Source: Bacteroidota bacterium | GTDB taxonomy: Bacteria; Bacteroidota; Bacteroidia; UBA4408 | Assembly: GCA_963169745.1 (NCBI GenBank) | Contig: CAUJCU010000024.1 | Span: 80,842 to 144,841 of the forward strand | Direction: 5' to 3' | Length of the DNA: 64,000 bases | In this document: positions 40,196 through 50,118 of the stretch, one piece after another | How the letters are laid out: each line of letters starts with the position of its first letter | Numbering within the stretch: position 1 is the stretch's first letter | Made by a program: the position numbers and the translations under genes | Notes under the pieces: model-generated | Told to the model about the DNA's origin: nothing | Seen by the model: the letters and a program-made list of their open reading frames with translations, nothing else | Databases searched by the model: none

Positions 40196-40993
40196 CTAGT
40201 GTTTTAACCGGTACATCAACTTCCAAAATAGATTCGGAAACCAGCGTTTTAGATATACCGGTAACAGCTCGCTGCCTCCTATAAAAACTTCTTTCTTTTT
40301 TTGTGCTACGGCTTTAATAATTTGTTTTGCACAATGCTCCGCATCCATCCCTTCTTGCAGGCGCTGTTCTTCTTTTCCATTAGATTTTCCTTCGTTGTTC
40401 AAAGCATTTTGAGCTATTGCAGTTTGAATGCTTCCAGGGCATATCATAGTTACTTGCAAACCCCAATCTTTATTTTCTAAATACAATGATTCATAGTACC
40501 CATGTAGTGCATGTTTTGAAGCAGCATATCCCGAACGGTAGTAATAACCAAACTTTCCGGTAATACTGCTGGTAACAGCTATAATTCCACTTTGCTGCTG
40601 TTGCATGTAAGGAAGCACACATTTGCTTAAAGCAATATTGGCAAAATAATTAACTTCCATTAGTTTCCTATCTACACTCAAGGGAGTATCGGAGGCAATT
40701 GCACGTTGACTGATGCCGCCATTGTTAAATAAAATATCTATCCGTTTGTATTTATCTATTAGACTTTGGGTAAGCTTATCGAAAGTTGAAATATGTTCTA
40801 AATCAAAAGCAAGAACATAAATTTCAGCACCTCCTTTTTCGTATTCTTGTTTAATTTTTTGCAATTCCACTTCTTGCCTTCCCGAAATAATAAGGGTACA
40901 ACTCTGCTTGCTCAACACTTTTACCAAACCCAACCCAATACCCGATGAAGCACCGGTTATCCAAATTATTTTTTGATCATAAAATGTACTCAT
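40196..40993 (-). CDS. SDR-family short-chain dehydrogenase/reductase
   Basis: 'IWITGASSGIGLGLVKVL' Rossmann motif; 'YAASKHAL' catalytic YxxxK; start overlaps the upstream stop as ATGA. Confidence 0.85.
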   Translation of the reverse strand: MSTFYDQKIIWITGASSGIGLGLVKVLSKQSCTLIISGRQEVELQKIKQEYEKGGAEIYVLAFDLEHISTFDKLTQSLIDKYKRIDILFNNGGISQRAIASDTPLSVDRKLMEVNYFANIALSKCVLPYMQQQQSGIIAVTSSITGKFGYYYRSGYAASKHALHGYYESLYLENKDWGLQVTMICPGSIQTAIAQNALNNEGKSNGKEEQRLQEGMDAEHCAKQIIKAVAQKKKEVFIGGSELLPVYLKRWFPNLFWKLMYRLKH

Positions 40994-42501
40994 CGTAATA
41001 CCGTAATTTTGGCTGTTGCCTGTATTTTATTGTGAGCATATAATGTTAAAAAGTAGATTCCATTTTTTAGCTCTGTTTGACTCACAATAACCTCTGTATA
41101 CTGCTTTTGATGTTGTATTCTTATGTTGTTTAGTTTTACTCTTTGTCCGGTTGTGTTTTCTGCATAAAGCTCAATTGTAGCAGTGTTCCATTCAATTGAT
41201 GATTGTGGTAATACAAAATGAAAAACGTCTTGACACGGGTTCGGAAAGATATGATTTGATATTGGAGATTCTACTTGTTGTTCTTTTGTATCCACAAGAA
41301 TTTGTACCGTACCGGCATTGGTAATTAATGTATCTGATTTTATCAGATAAATATTGCTTAATCCAAAAGTATAACTATTGGTAGTGCCTATTGTACACAT
41401 TCCTCCATCATTAGTATTTATGGCAGCACCTGCTACTTCATCAAAAAAAGATCCAAAAGTAGCTCCGGTAACATAATTAAAGTTATACTGGTATTCGAGC
41501 AACATCATATCCTTACTGCCGAAAAAATCCAGATGTCCATAAACTACGATGTTTCCATTTGGTCGTAGTACAAGCCCTTTTAAAAAATAATCAGAACTAG
41601 ACGTTGAAATAAAATAGGAAGGTAAAGTGTTCCCTAGCAAATCAAGTTTTTGAATAAAAAAGTTATTAATTAAAGGATTTCCAAAACTTTTAGTATTGGC
41701 TCCAACAACAATTTCATTGTTTGCCGCATTTAATAAGATACTTTCGCCACTATCATCTTCGGCTCCACCTAATGTTGTTTCCCATAATGTATTGCCATTT
41801 AAATCGAGTCTAATAACATAAATATCTTTTTTCCCATTTCCTATACTTTCGGTTGTTCCACAAATTAAATATCCATCATTAAGTGAAAGAACATCAGCAG
41901 CTTCTTCATTTAAGTTTCCTCCTTTCTTAACTTGCCAAAGTTGGTTCCCGTCAGCATCTGTTTTAACAATAAAAATATCAGTATAAGAGTTGCCGGTATC
42001 ATAGGTATTTCCTACGAGAATAAAACCACCATCTGTTGTGGTGTCCATACTTGTTGCAATATCCCAATCACTTGTGCCATAATGCTTGCTCCAAAGGGTA
42101 TCTCCCAATGCCGAAGTTTTTACCAAATAATAATCATAAGAAACGTCCGTGTAACTTCCGGTATAGCCCGCCATAGCAATGTTACCATCTGCTGTAATTT
42201 TTATTTTACAGGCTCCTTCTGTTTCACTTCTCCCATAAGTACGTTGCCATTCATAAATTCCGGCTTTGTTTACTTTAAGCAGATACAAATCAGCACTAGG
42301 AGAATAGCTAGAAGAATTATTGAGCAGCAAATATCCGGTATCGGGTGTTTGGATTAAATCTACACCTTGTTCATAAGCATACCCTCCATAAATTTTTTGA
42401 AACTTTTGAACTTGAGCCTGAACACGCAATGACCCGAATAAAGAGAGTACCAAGAAACAAAGATAAAGGCTAATATTTAATATCGTTTGAGGAGTTTTCA
42501 T
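40990..42501 (-). CDS. T9SS-secreted SBBP-like beta-propeller protein (type A sorting domain)
   Basis: 503 aa; signal peptide; repeated '...GYTGSYTDVSYDYYLVKTSALGDTLW / ...TDIFIVKTDADGNQLW / ...KDIYVIRLDLNGNTLW' blades; C-terminus 'IFPNPCQDVFHFVL...NGIYFLTLYAHNKIQATAKITVLR'; ATGA overlaps on both sides. Confidence 0.7.
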   Translation of the reverse strand: MKTPQTILNISLYLCFLVLSLFGSLRVQAQVQKFQKIYGGYAYEQGVDLIQTPDTGYLLLNNSSSYSPSADLYLLKVNKAGIYEWQRTYGRSETEGACKIKITADGNIAMAGYTGSYTDVSYDYYLVKTSALGDTLWSKHYGTSDWDIATSMDTTTDGGFILVGNTYDTGNSYTDIFIVKTDADGNQLWQVKKGGNLNEEAADVLSLNDGYLICGTTESIGNGKKDIYVIRLDLNGNTLWETTLGGAEDDSGESILLNAANNEIVVGANTKSFGNPLINNFFIQKLDLLGNTLPSYFISTSSSDYFLKGLVLRPNGNIVVYGHLDFFGSKDMMLLEYQYNFNYVTGATFGSFFDEVAGAAINTNDGGMCTIGTTNSYTFGLSNIYLIKSDTLITNAGTVQILVDTKEQQVESPISNHIFPNPCQDVFHFVLPQSSIEWNTATIELYAENTTGQRVKLNNIRIQHQKQYTEVIVSQTELKNGIYFLTLYAHNKIQATAKITVLR

Positions 42502-43313
42502 TTTGAGGCTTGATAGATTTTCTGCAACTTCTTAAGAAGTATTTCAATATCTTTTAAAGGGAGCATATTGGCACCATCTGATTTTGCATGTGGAGGGTCA
42601 GGGTGGGTCTCAATAAAAATCCCATCAGCCCCTGCAGCAATACCAGCAGCGGCAATTGTTGGAATCAAATCAGGTCGTCCACCTGTTACCCCAGATTCTT
42701 GGTTAGGCTGTTGCAATGCATGGGTTACATCAAGTACCACGGGCACTTGGTGCTTTTGCATTTCGGGAATATTCCGGTAATCTACTACCAGGTCGTGATA
42801 TCCAAAAGTGGTTCCACGTTCAGTAAGCATAACCTTGCTATTTCCGGTTTGTTTTATCTTTTCAACGGCAAATTTCATACTGTAAGCCGAAACAAATTGC
42901 CCTTTTTTTACATTTACCCATTTGCCTGTTTCACCGGCTGCTATAAGTAAATCAGTTTGACGGCACAAAAATGCCGGAATCTGAAGCATATCAACATAAC
43001 GAGCTGCAAGTTCTGCTTCGAATTCTGTATGTATATCAGTTATTGTAGGTAGCTGATACTGCTCTCCTGCTAGGGCTAATAGTTCTAAAGCTTTTTCGTT
43101 GCCTATTCCTGTAAAAGAACTCAACTTTGAACGGTTGGCCTTTTTATAAGAAGCCTTTAATACCAATGGTATCTGTAATTTATTGCAAACATCATTAAGG
43201 TGTGCTGCTATTTCAAATATGTTTTCTTTACTCTCAACTACACAAGGGCCGGCCAGTAAAAAAAAACTTTCTGAGGTCGAGAAACGCAACTTATCGAGTG
43301 TTAATATTTTCAA
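42498..43313 (-). CDS. kdsA: 3-deoxy-8-phosphooctulonate (KDO8P) synthase
   Basis: 271 aa; 'FFLLAGPCVVES...' matches the KdsA/DAHP-synthase family and length. Confidence 0.9.
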   Translation of the reverse strand: MKILTLDKLRFSTSESFFLLAGPCVVESKENIFEIAAHLNDVCNKLQIPLVLKASYKKANRSKLSSFTGIGNEKALELLALAGEQYQLPTITDIHTEFEAELAARYVDMLQIPAFLCRQTDLLIAAGETGKWVNVKKGQFVSAYSMKFAVEKIKQTGNSKVMLTERGTTFGYHDLVVDYRNIPEMQKHQVPVVLDVTHALQQPNQESGVTGGRPDLIPTIAAAGIAAGADGIFIETHPDPPHAKSDGANMLPLKDIEILLKKLQKIYQASK

Positions 43314-43519
43314 GTTTATTGATTTAATTGTTGGGGTTAAGAATTTATTTTCCTTTTGATTAGGATTAAAACAAGAACAAATTTATAGAAACTGTTGGGT
43401 AATATAAATAAGGTGTCATTTTTTGTCCATATTTATTGTACTCTTTCTTGATACTCTTTTTTCAAGACTCATTTTATAAATATTATCAACTTTATTAATA
43501 CTATACAATCAAATAAAAA

Positions 43520-44782
43520 TTACAACATAAATTTAACTGAAAAAAGTAAACTTTGTCCGTTGGCTTTTTTAGGGAGTACCCAACCTTCAAGTTGTTTGGT
43601 TTCAACCTTTACTATAATTTTAGAGACTATAAAATACTGTGCCGCTAAACTGTAATTAAGTTGCCCGTATCCACCATATCCCAAACCAGCAAAAACATTT
43701 AAATTTGTATTAATGGAATAAGAAGCACCCGTATAAATAAAGGGGATGTAAGAATAATCAAAACGGTAGTTGACCCCCGAAACAAGTGCTAATTTATGTG
43801 GTACAATAGTATGTGTATAACGTAGTTTTATCCATGCAGGAATTGGGGTTGTAAAAGACTGAAATTCTTTACTATCTCCTAATTTCTTTAGTGAGTCGGT
43901 TGAAAGTTGTATTAAGGAGTCGTTAAGTTGTATTAAATCAGGAATTGGAATGCCTTCAAATCGAAACAAGGTGTCATAATGATAATATTGGGCTGTATTT
44001 TTCCAGGTAATAAAGCCCCAATCGCTTAAAGTCACTAAAAATTGATTGTTTTTATCATTTACAAAACGATAATATACATCCATACTCATACCTGTTCCTC
44101 TTGTGGGACTTTGAATAATCTTTTTACTTTTTAAAGTATGAGCTTTGTGCATACTACCGTTTATATCTAATGTTACATAATCCCCGTCAGTAGCAGTAAA
44201 TAAGTCAGCTTTTTCAATATTTATCTGTTGGGCATTACGGCCATTTAAGTAATTCGCAATAAACCCTAATTGATGACTTCCCCTGGCACATTTCCATTGC
44301 TTTTCAATCCCCAATCCGGCTTGTTGATAGGAAATAAAGTTAACTCTAAAATGAGCCAGTTGAGCCGTTTTATTTTCATATAAAGCATTTCCAAAAAAAC
44401 CTGTATTGAAAAAGTCTTTCGTCATATTTAAGTTTAAGTGTCTTCGCTCAGCTAAGTGTGCTGTTATTGACCATCCTGAACTTTTTAATATAGAATCTGC
44501 TTTATATTTTACATGGAGCCAAATATCAGCATCAGCACCCCAGCGATTGACATTTTTTAAATGATTGACAGCCATTTGTTTTTGTGCATCGCTCAAATAT
44601 CCTCCACGATAAAAGGTATAATAAAAATTATTTGTAAACGCATTTGATTTAGCAGTAAAATTTCCTTCTATTTCAATACTGATTTTTTTTAGTGCTGTAT
44701 CTTCTGGTGCAGGAGCTATGTTTTGCCCCAAACTAATATGGTAAAACAACAATACACAAGCCAATGTAAAAATATGCTTCAT
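43520..44782 (-). CDS. hypothetical outer-membrane protein (predicted beta-barrel)
   Basis: signal peptide 'MKHIFTLACVLLFYHISLGQ'; alternating amphipathic beta-strand pattern; aromatic-rich C-terminal region; no recognisable family. Confidence 0.45.
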   Translation of the reverse strand: MKHIFTLACVLLFYHISLGQNIAPAPEDTALKKISIEIEGNFTAKSNAFTNNFYYTFYRGGYLSDAQKQMAVNHLKNVNRWGADADIWLHVKYKADSILKSSGWSITAHLAERRHLNLNMTKDFFNTGFFGNALYENKTAQLAHFRVNFISYQQAGLGIEKQWKCARGSHQLGFIANYLNGRNAQQINIEKADLFTATDGDYVTLDINGSMHKAHTLKSKKIIQSPTRGTGMSMDVYYRFVNDKNNQFLVTLSDWGFITWKNTAQYYHYDTLFRFEGIPIPDLIQLNDSLIQLSTDSLKKLGDSKEFQSFTTPIPAWIKLRYTHTIVPHKLALVSGVNYRFDYSYIPFIYTGASYSINTNLNVFAGLGYGGYGQLNYSLAAQYFIVSKIIVKVETKQLEGWVLPKKANGQSLLFSVKFML

Positions 44783-44847
44783 TATATGAAGCGGTTTCTG
44801 TAGAAAGAAGGACATAAGGAATTTATGAAACATTCTTGTGTGGCATT

Positions 44848-46449
44848 TTATTTTATCTGTAAGTTAAATAGCATATTCCCCGTCAATTTCAAATCTATTT
44901 TATAATCGCTGTAAATCTTGTATTTCATAGGGTTGTTTATAGTGTTTAGGGTAACTACCGCAAGAACCTTTCTTTTTTCGAGTAATTTGTTCAATAATTC
45001 ATGATTGATGTTTGCCGGCAAACGACTTTCTTGAGCTGTTCTTACTTTTCCATCACTATCAGGAGTTGCGGCTTTAATACGACTTTCGCTTAAAAGTTGC
45101 TCCTGTTTTTGAAGGTTTTCATCCAAAAGATAAAACTGTACTTCGGCATCAAAAGGAAAGGTATTTAAAGCGATTAATTTAAGTGCTGCCGATTGAATTG
45201 AATTGTGTGGTTTTATAGAGTCTTTGTTTAAATAGATTGTATCAACAAGGGTAAGGTTATTGGTAGAAAGATGTAGTGGAATATCTAATGTTAAACGCGC
45301 TTCAATGGCTTTGTCGGGATACACAAAATCATTCCCATTCGCTATATTTCCAAAAGGATTTAATTCTGTAGCATAGCTATAATCAAAGCGGTTGGGCATA
45401 TTTTCTAAAAGGTGTACCAGATTGCTGTTACTGCTGTTAAATTCAAAACTGTATTGACTTGGGCTAAAGGGGTTATCAGTAGCACGGTGAACATTTATTG
45501 TTTGGCCTACACTACTGTGTTGCAACGAAACAACAGTCCCATTCTGAGAGTTCACAGACTGAAAGTTGAGTAAATTAGCTCTCAAATCAGCTCCAATCCC
45601 ATTCTTAATGTCCAAATTAAGTTTTGCTTCTTGTAATGAAAACCCACCGGCTATTATTCTATCAAAAAAATTAAGGTTTGTACTCGTGCTACTCGTGTCG
45701 AGGCTATGACCAAAATACCCCTTGGCATAATAGGGTACTATATTTTTTAATTTTAATGAAACCAATAAACTATCAGCGGCATTTATTTGTGCTTGGCCAA
45801 CAGCCGATGTACTAATATTGGCAATTAAATGCGTTACCAATCGATTAACATAAGCTCCAGAAATACCTCTTAAATCAAAATCATAACCCTCAATAGCAAA
45901 ACTTGCTTCGTACAAGCCACCATTGGCAGTTGTATAGGCCGGAATAGTAGCATTAAAGGTATATGGTTGTCCGTTTTTCTGCGATTTGGGTAAGATATAG
46001 GTAACATCTACCGGTTTATTGATTTTGTTGACTATTTTTACATCTATTATACCGGTTTTTACAATTAGTCGAGAAAGTTCCAGAGCCCCGAAATTCATAA
46101 CACTTTCTTCGGTTAAATCTAAAAAGTTATCGCCAGGATTTAATGTTACTGTACCAAAGGGAATGGTAAAATATTTGAGAATGGCTGTATCGGGCAATTG
46201 TTGAGTGCTTATAAAACCAGTGCCTTTAAATACCTTATCGTAGTATAGGTGTACTACATTATTGGGATCTGTAGCCATTAAAGTGTCAGGAACAATTTGT
46301 TGAATAGTTAGGCTTGTTCTGAAAAGCGGCCCTAACCAATGTGTATCCCAATCTGTTCCTTCTTTCTTACGGCATGAGCTAAGCACAATAAGAAGGCTGT
46401 AAATAAGTAAAAATGAATAAATCCGCTTGGATTTTGATACTAAGATCAT
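44848..46449 (-). CDS. hypothetical lipoprotein
   Basis: 533 aa; lipobox 'LIVLSSC'; no recognisable domain; 15 bp downstream of the preceding OMP gene. Confidence 0.45.
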   Translation of the reverse strand: MILVSKSKRIYSFLLIYSLLIVLSSCRKKEGTDWDTHWLGPLFRTSLTIQQIVPDTLMATDPNNVVHLYYDKVFKGTGFISTQQLPDTAILKYFTIPFGTVTLNPGDNFLDLTEESVMNFGALELSRLIVKTGIIDVKIVNKINKPVDVTYILPKSQKNGQPYTFNATIPAYTTANGGLYEASFAIEGYDFDLRGISGAYVNRLVTHLIANISTSAVGQAQINAADSLLVSLKLKNIVPYYAKGYFGHSLDTSSTSTNLNFFDRIIAGGFSLQEAKLNLDIKNGIGADLRANLLNFQSVNSQNGTVVSLQHSSVGQTINVHRATDNPFSPSQYSFEFNSSNSNLVHLLENMPNRFDYSYATELNPFGNIANGNDFVYPDKAIEARLTLDIPLHLSTNNLTLVDTIYLNKDSIKPHNSIQSAALKLIALNTFPFDAEVQFYLLDENLQKQEQLLSESRIKAATPDSDGKVRTAQESRLPANINHELLNKLLEKRKVLAVVTLNTINNPMKYKIYSDYKIDLKLTGNMLFNLQIK

Positions 46450-46485
46450 GCGGCATAAGTATTTAAGAGGGTAAACATAATAAAA

Positions 46486-46518
46486 AAAAGGGTTCTACAA
46501 ATGAGAACCTTTTTTTTA
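46486..46518 (-). terminator. rho-independent terminator after mdh
   Basis: stem aaaagggttct / agaacctttt with a one-base bulge, flanked by an A-run and T-run. Confidence 0.45.
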
Positions 46519-46540
46519 AAATAAAAACACCAATTTTTTA

Positions 46541-47479
46541 TTAAGCCGTTACACCCATTTTATCGAGTACTTCCATAACTTCTTTTACGGCAGATGCAGA
46601 TGCTTTACACAACTGCATTTCTTCATCATTAAGCTTTAGTTCAATTATTTTTTCAATTCCCTCTTTCCCCAAAACTACAGGAACACCTAAGTAAATATTA
46701 TTTAAACCATATTCACCATTTAATAAGGCACATACTGGGAAAACACGTTTTTGATCACGAACAATAGCTTCAACCATTTGTGCAGCAGCAGCCCCCGGTG
46801 CATACCATGCTGATGTGCCCAAAAGATTTACGATTTCTCCACCGCCTTTTTTTGTTCTCTCAATAATTGCATCAAGTCTTTCTTTAGCAATGAGTTCAGT
46901 AATTGGAATACCCCCTAAAGTTGTATAACGTGGAAGAGGTACCATAGTATCACCATGGCCTCCCATAAGTACTGCCTGAATATCTTTTGGCGATACATTT
47001 AGTTCTGTAGCAATAAAGGCTCTATAACGTGCTGTATCTAAAATTCCCGCCATCCCAAATACCCTGTTCGAAGGTATTTTAGCCGTTAAATAAGCACAAT
47101 ACGTCATTACATCTAATGGGTTAGATACTACAATTATGATAGCATTGGGAGAGTGCTTAATTACATTTTCGGTTACTGTTTTTACAATTCCAGCATTGGT
47201 AGCAATTAAATCATCACGACTCATACCTGGTTTACGTGGTAAACCTGAGGTTATTACAACCACTTCTGAACCGGCAGTTTTAGAATAATCGTTTGTACTT
47301 CCTGTAATACGACTGTCGTACATATTAATTGGAGCAGTCTGCCACATATCTAAGGCCTTGCCTTCAGCAAAGTTTTCTTTAATGTCTAGCAACACTACTT
47401 CGTTTGCCAATTCTTTGTGAGCAATTACATCAGCGCAGGTTGCTCCAACATTTCCTGCTCCTATTACCGATACTTTCAT
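46541..47479 (-). CDS. mdh: malate dehydrogenase
   Basis: 'MKVSVIGAGNVGATCADVIAHKELANEVVLLDI' of the LDH/MDH family; 312 aa. Confidence 0.9.
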   Translation of the reverse strand: MKVSVIGAGNVGATCADVIAHKELANEVVLLDIKENFAEGKALDMWQTAPINMYDSRITGSTNDYSKTAGSEVVVITSGLPRKPGMSRDDLIATNAGIVKTVTENVIKHSPNAIIIVVSNPLDVMTYCAYLTAKIPSNRVFGMAGILDTARYRAFIATELNVSPKDIQAVLMGGHGDTMVPLPRYTTLGGIPITELIAKERLDAIIERTKKGGGEIVNLLGTSAWYAPGAAAAQMVEAIVRDQKRVFPVCALLNGEYGLNNIYLGVPVVLGKEGIEKIIELKLNDEEMQLCKASASAVKEVMEVLDKMGVTA

Positions 47480-47559
47480 GATATTTTGTTTTATTTTAGT
47501 ATATAAATTAGTGCAAATTTAGTAATCTGAAACGGATTTAAAAGGATAAAAAACATCTT

Positions 47560-49890
47560 TTATCTATGGTGTATTTGAAGTAATTTTTTCGCAATTTTAC
47601 CCTCAATAGAAAGCATCATGGCCGGCAGTAGAAGCAAATTGGTAATCATCGCTACCATTAATGTTATCGAAAGCAAAATACCTAATGAAACGGTGCTGCC
47701 AAAATCAGATAATGCAAAAATGAAAAATCCGGCAAATAAGATGATGTTGGTATAAATCATACTCCTTCCTGTTTCAAATATAGTAGCTTGAATAGCACCA
47801 CGATAGGTTTGATTCCGATTTTCTAATTCTTGCCTGAATTTTGCAAGAAAATAGATGGTGCCATCACTTGAAATGCCAAATGCAATGCTAAAAATGAGTA
47901 TGGTTGATGGCTTGAAACGAATGCCAAAATAGCCTAATATTCCGGCTGTTATTATCAATGGAATTAAACAAGGGAGTTTGCTTAATAAAATTATACGCAA
48001 ATTGCGAAATAAAGCTAAACCAATTAAAATAATAAGTACAATCTCAATAAGCAAACTTTCAATTAAATTAGAAAGCAGGTAGTCGTTCCCTTTTAAGAAT
48101 ATTAGACTGTGCCCGGTAAATTTTACTTTGTATCCGGTGTCTTTAAATAAAGAATCAGCTTGAGGTTGTATTTCGTTCATCAAGGTTTTAATTTTTTCAG
48201 AACCTACATCAGCCATTTGATAACTGATTCGTGTGTATTGCCGGCTTTTATCTAAAAACATATTAAAGTTAGATACATTACTCTTTAATGGCAAACTGTA
48301 TTCAGATAATTTTTTAAGCTCGGTAAAACCAGGTAAGATATAATATTTGGGGTTCCCGTTTTTATAAAACTGATACGAAAACTTAATTGCTTCGGCCATT
48401 GACAAGGGCTTTGAAAATTCATCATATTTTGAAATCTTTTTTTGTAGAGCATTTATCTTATACAACGCTTGTGCATTGTTGGCAAATACTCCATTGGGTT
48501 CCCGAGTATCAATTAATATTTCGAATGGGAGCACTCCTTTAAAATTTTTTTCAAAAAATCGTAAATCGTCATATACTTTATCCTTCTGAGGAAAATCATC
48601 TACTACATAACCAAGTACTGAGATCTTACTCATGCCAATAAAAGAAATGATTGTAATCAATCCAACAGTCCAATAAACAGTCTTTCTTCTTTCTGTTGCT
48701 AAGTATAAAATAAAGGAAAGTATTTTATTAATTCTTTTCCCATCTATATGCTTTGTGTGTTTTATTTCCGGTGGGCGCATATAACTTAAAACAATAGGAA
48801 TCAAGAGCAGTGTTATTCCATAAGTAACCATTACACTAATGCCGGCTACCACACCAAATTCAACTAAAAGTGAACTACCTGTAAAATAAAGTACGGCAAA
48901 ACCAATAGCGGTTGTAAGATTGGCTAAAAATAAAGTAATACCCATGGTGTTAACCATTCGGGCAATAGCCTTGGTTTTGTTATTATGTCGGGCATATTCT
49001 GTATGATATTTATTAATGAGGAAAATACAATTTGGAACTCCTATAATAAGTACTAAAGGTGGAATTAAAGCAGATAACACCGTTATTTTATACCCCATTA
49101 ATACAATAATTCCTACCGCCCAAATTACCCCAATAATGACTATCATTAAAGATACTGCAACGGATGAAATAGAACGGAAGAATATCCATAAAATAACAAA
49201 CATTAAAGCTAATGCCAAAACAGAAAATAGGATCATTTCTTTCGATACTTTTTCCATAAAAACGGTTCGTATAAAGGGCATTCCGCTTATGTGTAAATCA
49301 CTATGATACTTTAAAGTGTATTCCTGTGCCCGCTCTCTAATGCTGTTTACTATTTTGGTACGGGCTTTAGAATTTATATCTATTTGCGAAAAAGTGATAG
49401 CCATTAAATGTGAACCTTCCTTTTTGTTTAAAACAAAGCCTTCGTAAAAGGGTAGAGAATCTAATGATGCTTTAACTCTATTCAGTTCGTCTTGTGTTTC
49501 GGGAAGATGAGGTAAAAAAGGCACAAACATTATTTTGTGCAAAGAGTCGTCAAAGGCAATTTTGCTCACATTAGTTATGGAGATTACATTTTCAACTCCG
49601 GGTATTTTTCTAATATCCAAGGATAAGTTATGCCAGTCTTGAAACTTATTTAAGGTAAAAAAATCTTTATCTTGAACACCAATCACCATGATGTTGCCAT
49701 CTTGCCCAAATAATTCTTTAAAATGATTGTAGTCAATATAAGCACTGTCTGAAGCCGGCAAAATTTTAGCAAACTCATAAGAGAGTTCAATTTTAGAAGC
49801 ATGATAACCCATAAAAGTCGTAAACAGAGAGAGTATCACAACAAAAGCAGTTCGATTACGGAGTATTTTACGAACAATAAAAGGCCACAT
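47560..49890 (-). CDS. MMPL/RND-superfamily transporter
   Basis: 776 aa; two 6-TM bundles each preceded by a periplasmic loop, the typical MMPL/HpnN-like topology. Confidence 0.7.
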   Translation of the reverse strand: MWPFIVRKILRNRTAFVVILSLFTTFMGYHASKIELSYEFAKILPASDSAYIDYNHFKELFGQDGNIMVIGVQDKDFFTLNKFQDWHNLSLDIRKIPGVENVISITNVSKIAFDDSLHKIMFVPFLPHLPETQDELNRVKASLDSLPFYEGFVLNKKEGSHLMAITFSQIDINSKARTKIVNSIRERAQEYTLKYHSDLHISGMPFIRTVFMEKVSKEMILFSVLALALMFVILWIFFRSISSVAVSLMIVIIGVIWAVGIIVLMGYKITVLSALIPPLVLIIGVPNCIFLINKYHTEYARHNNKTKAIARMVNTMGITLFLANLTTAIGFAVLYFTGSSLLVEFGVVAGISVMVTYGITLLLIPIVLSYMRPPEIKHTKHIDGKRINKILSFILYLATERRKTVYWTVGLITIISFIGMSKISVLGYVVDDFPQKDKVYDDLRFFEKNFKGVLPFEILIDTREPNGVFANNAQALYKINALQKKISKYDEFSKPLSMAEAIKFSYQFYKNGNPKYYILPGFTELKKLSEYSLPLKSNVSNFNMFLDKSRQYTRISYQMADVGSEKIKTLMNEIQPQADSLFKDTGYKVKFTGHSLIFLKGNDYLLSNLIESLLIEIVLIILIGLALFRNLRIILLSKLPCLIPLIITAGILGYFGIRFKPSTILIFSIAFGISSDGTIYFLAKFRQELENRNQTYRGAIQATIFETGRSMIYTNIILFAGFFIFALSDFGSTVSLGILLSITLMVAMITNLLLLPAMMLSIEGKIAKKLLQIHHR

Positions 49891-50118
49891 AGCTTAATAT
49901 AGATATATGCTGCAAAGGTATAAGGCTTTTTAATATGTATTATAAATTAAAGCTAATTTTTACGCTTTATAAAGAAAGCACTAGCTAGGTGTTGTTTTCT
50001 CTCAAAAATTACTTTATCACTTCAAAATTTCATAACAATACACAAGCTTTCGAAAATGCACTTTTTAATCTTATAAAAATATTTTAGGTTTGACCTTTAT
50101 TAATTATACCTATATATT

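Noticed and set aside
43520-44833. Assigning the 43520 OMP to PorP/SprF, PorV or PorT T9SS components
   Set aside because: It lacks the characteristic N-terminal PorP/SprF motif and its size does not fit PorT. Without a search tool the assignment would be a guess, so it is left as a hypothetical OMP.
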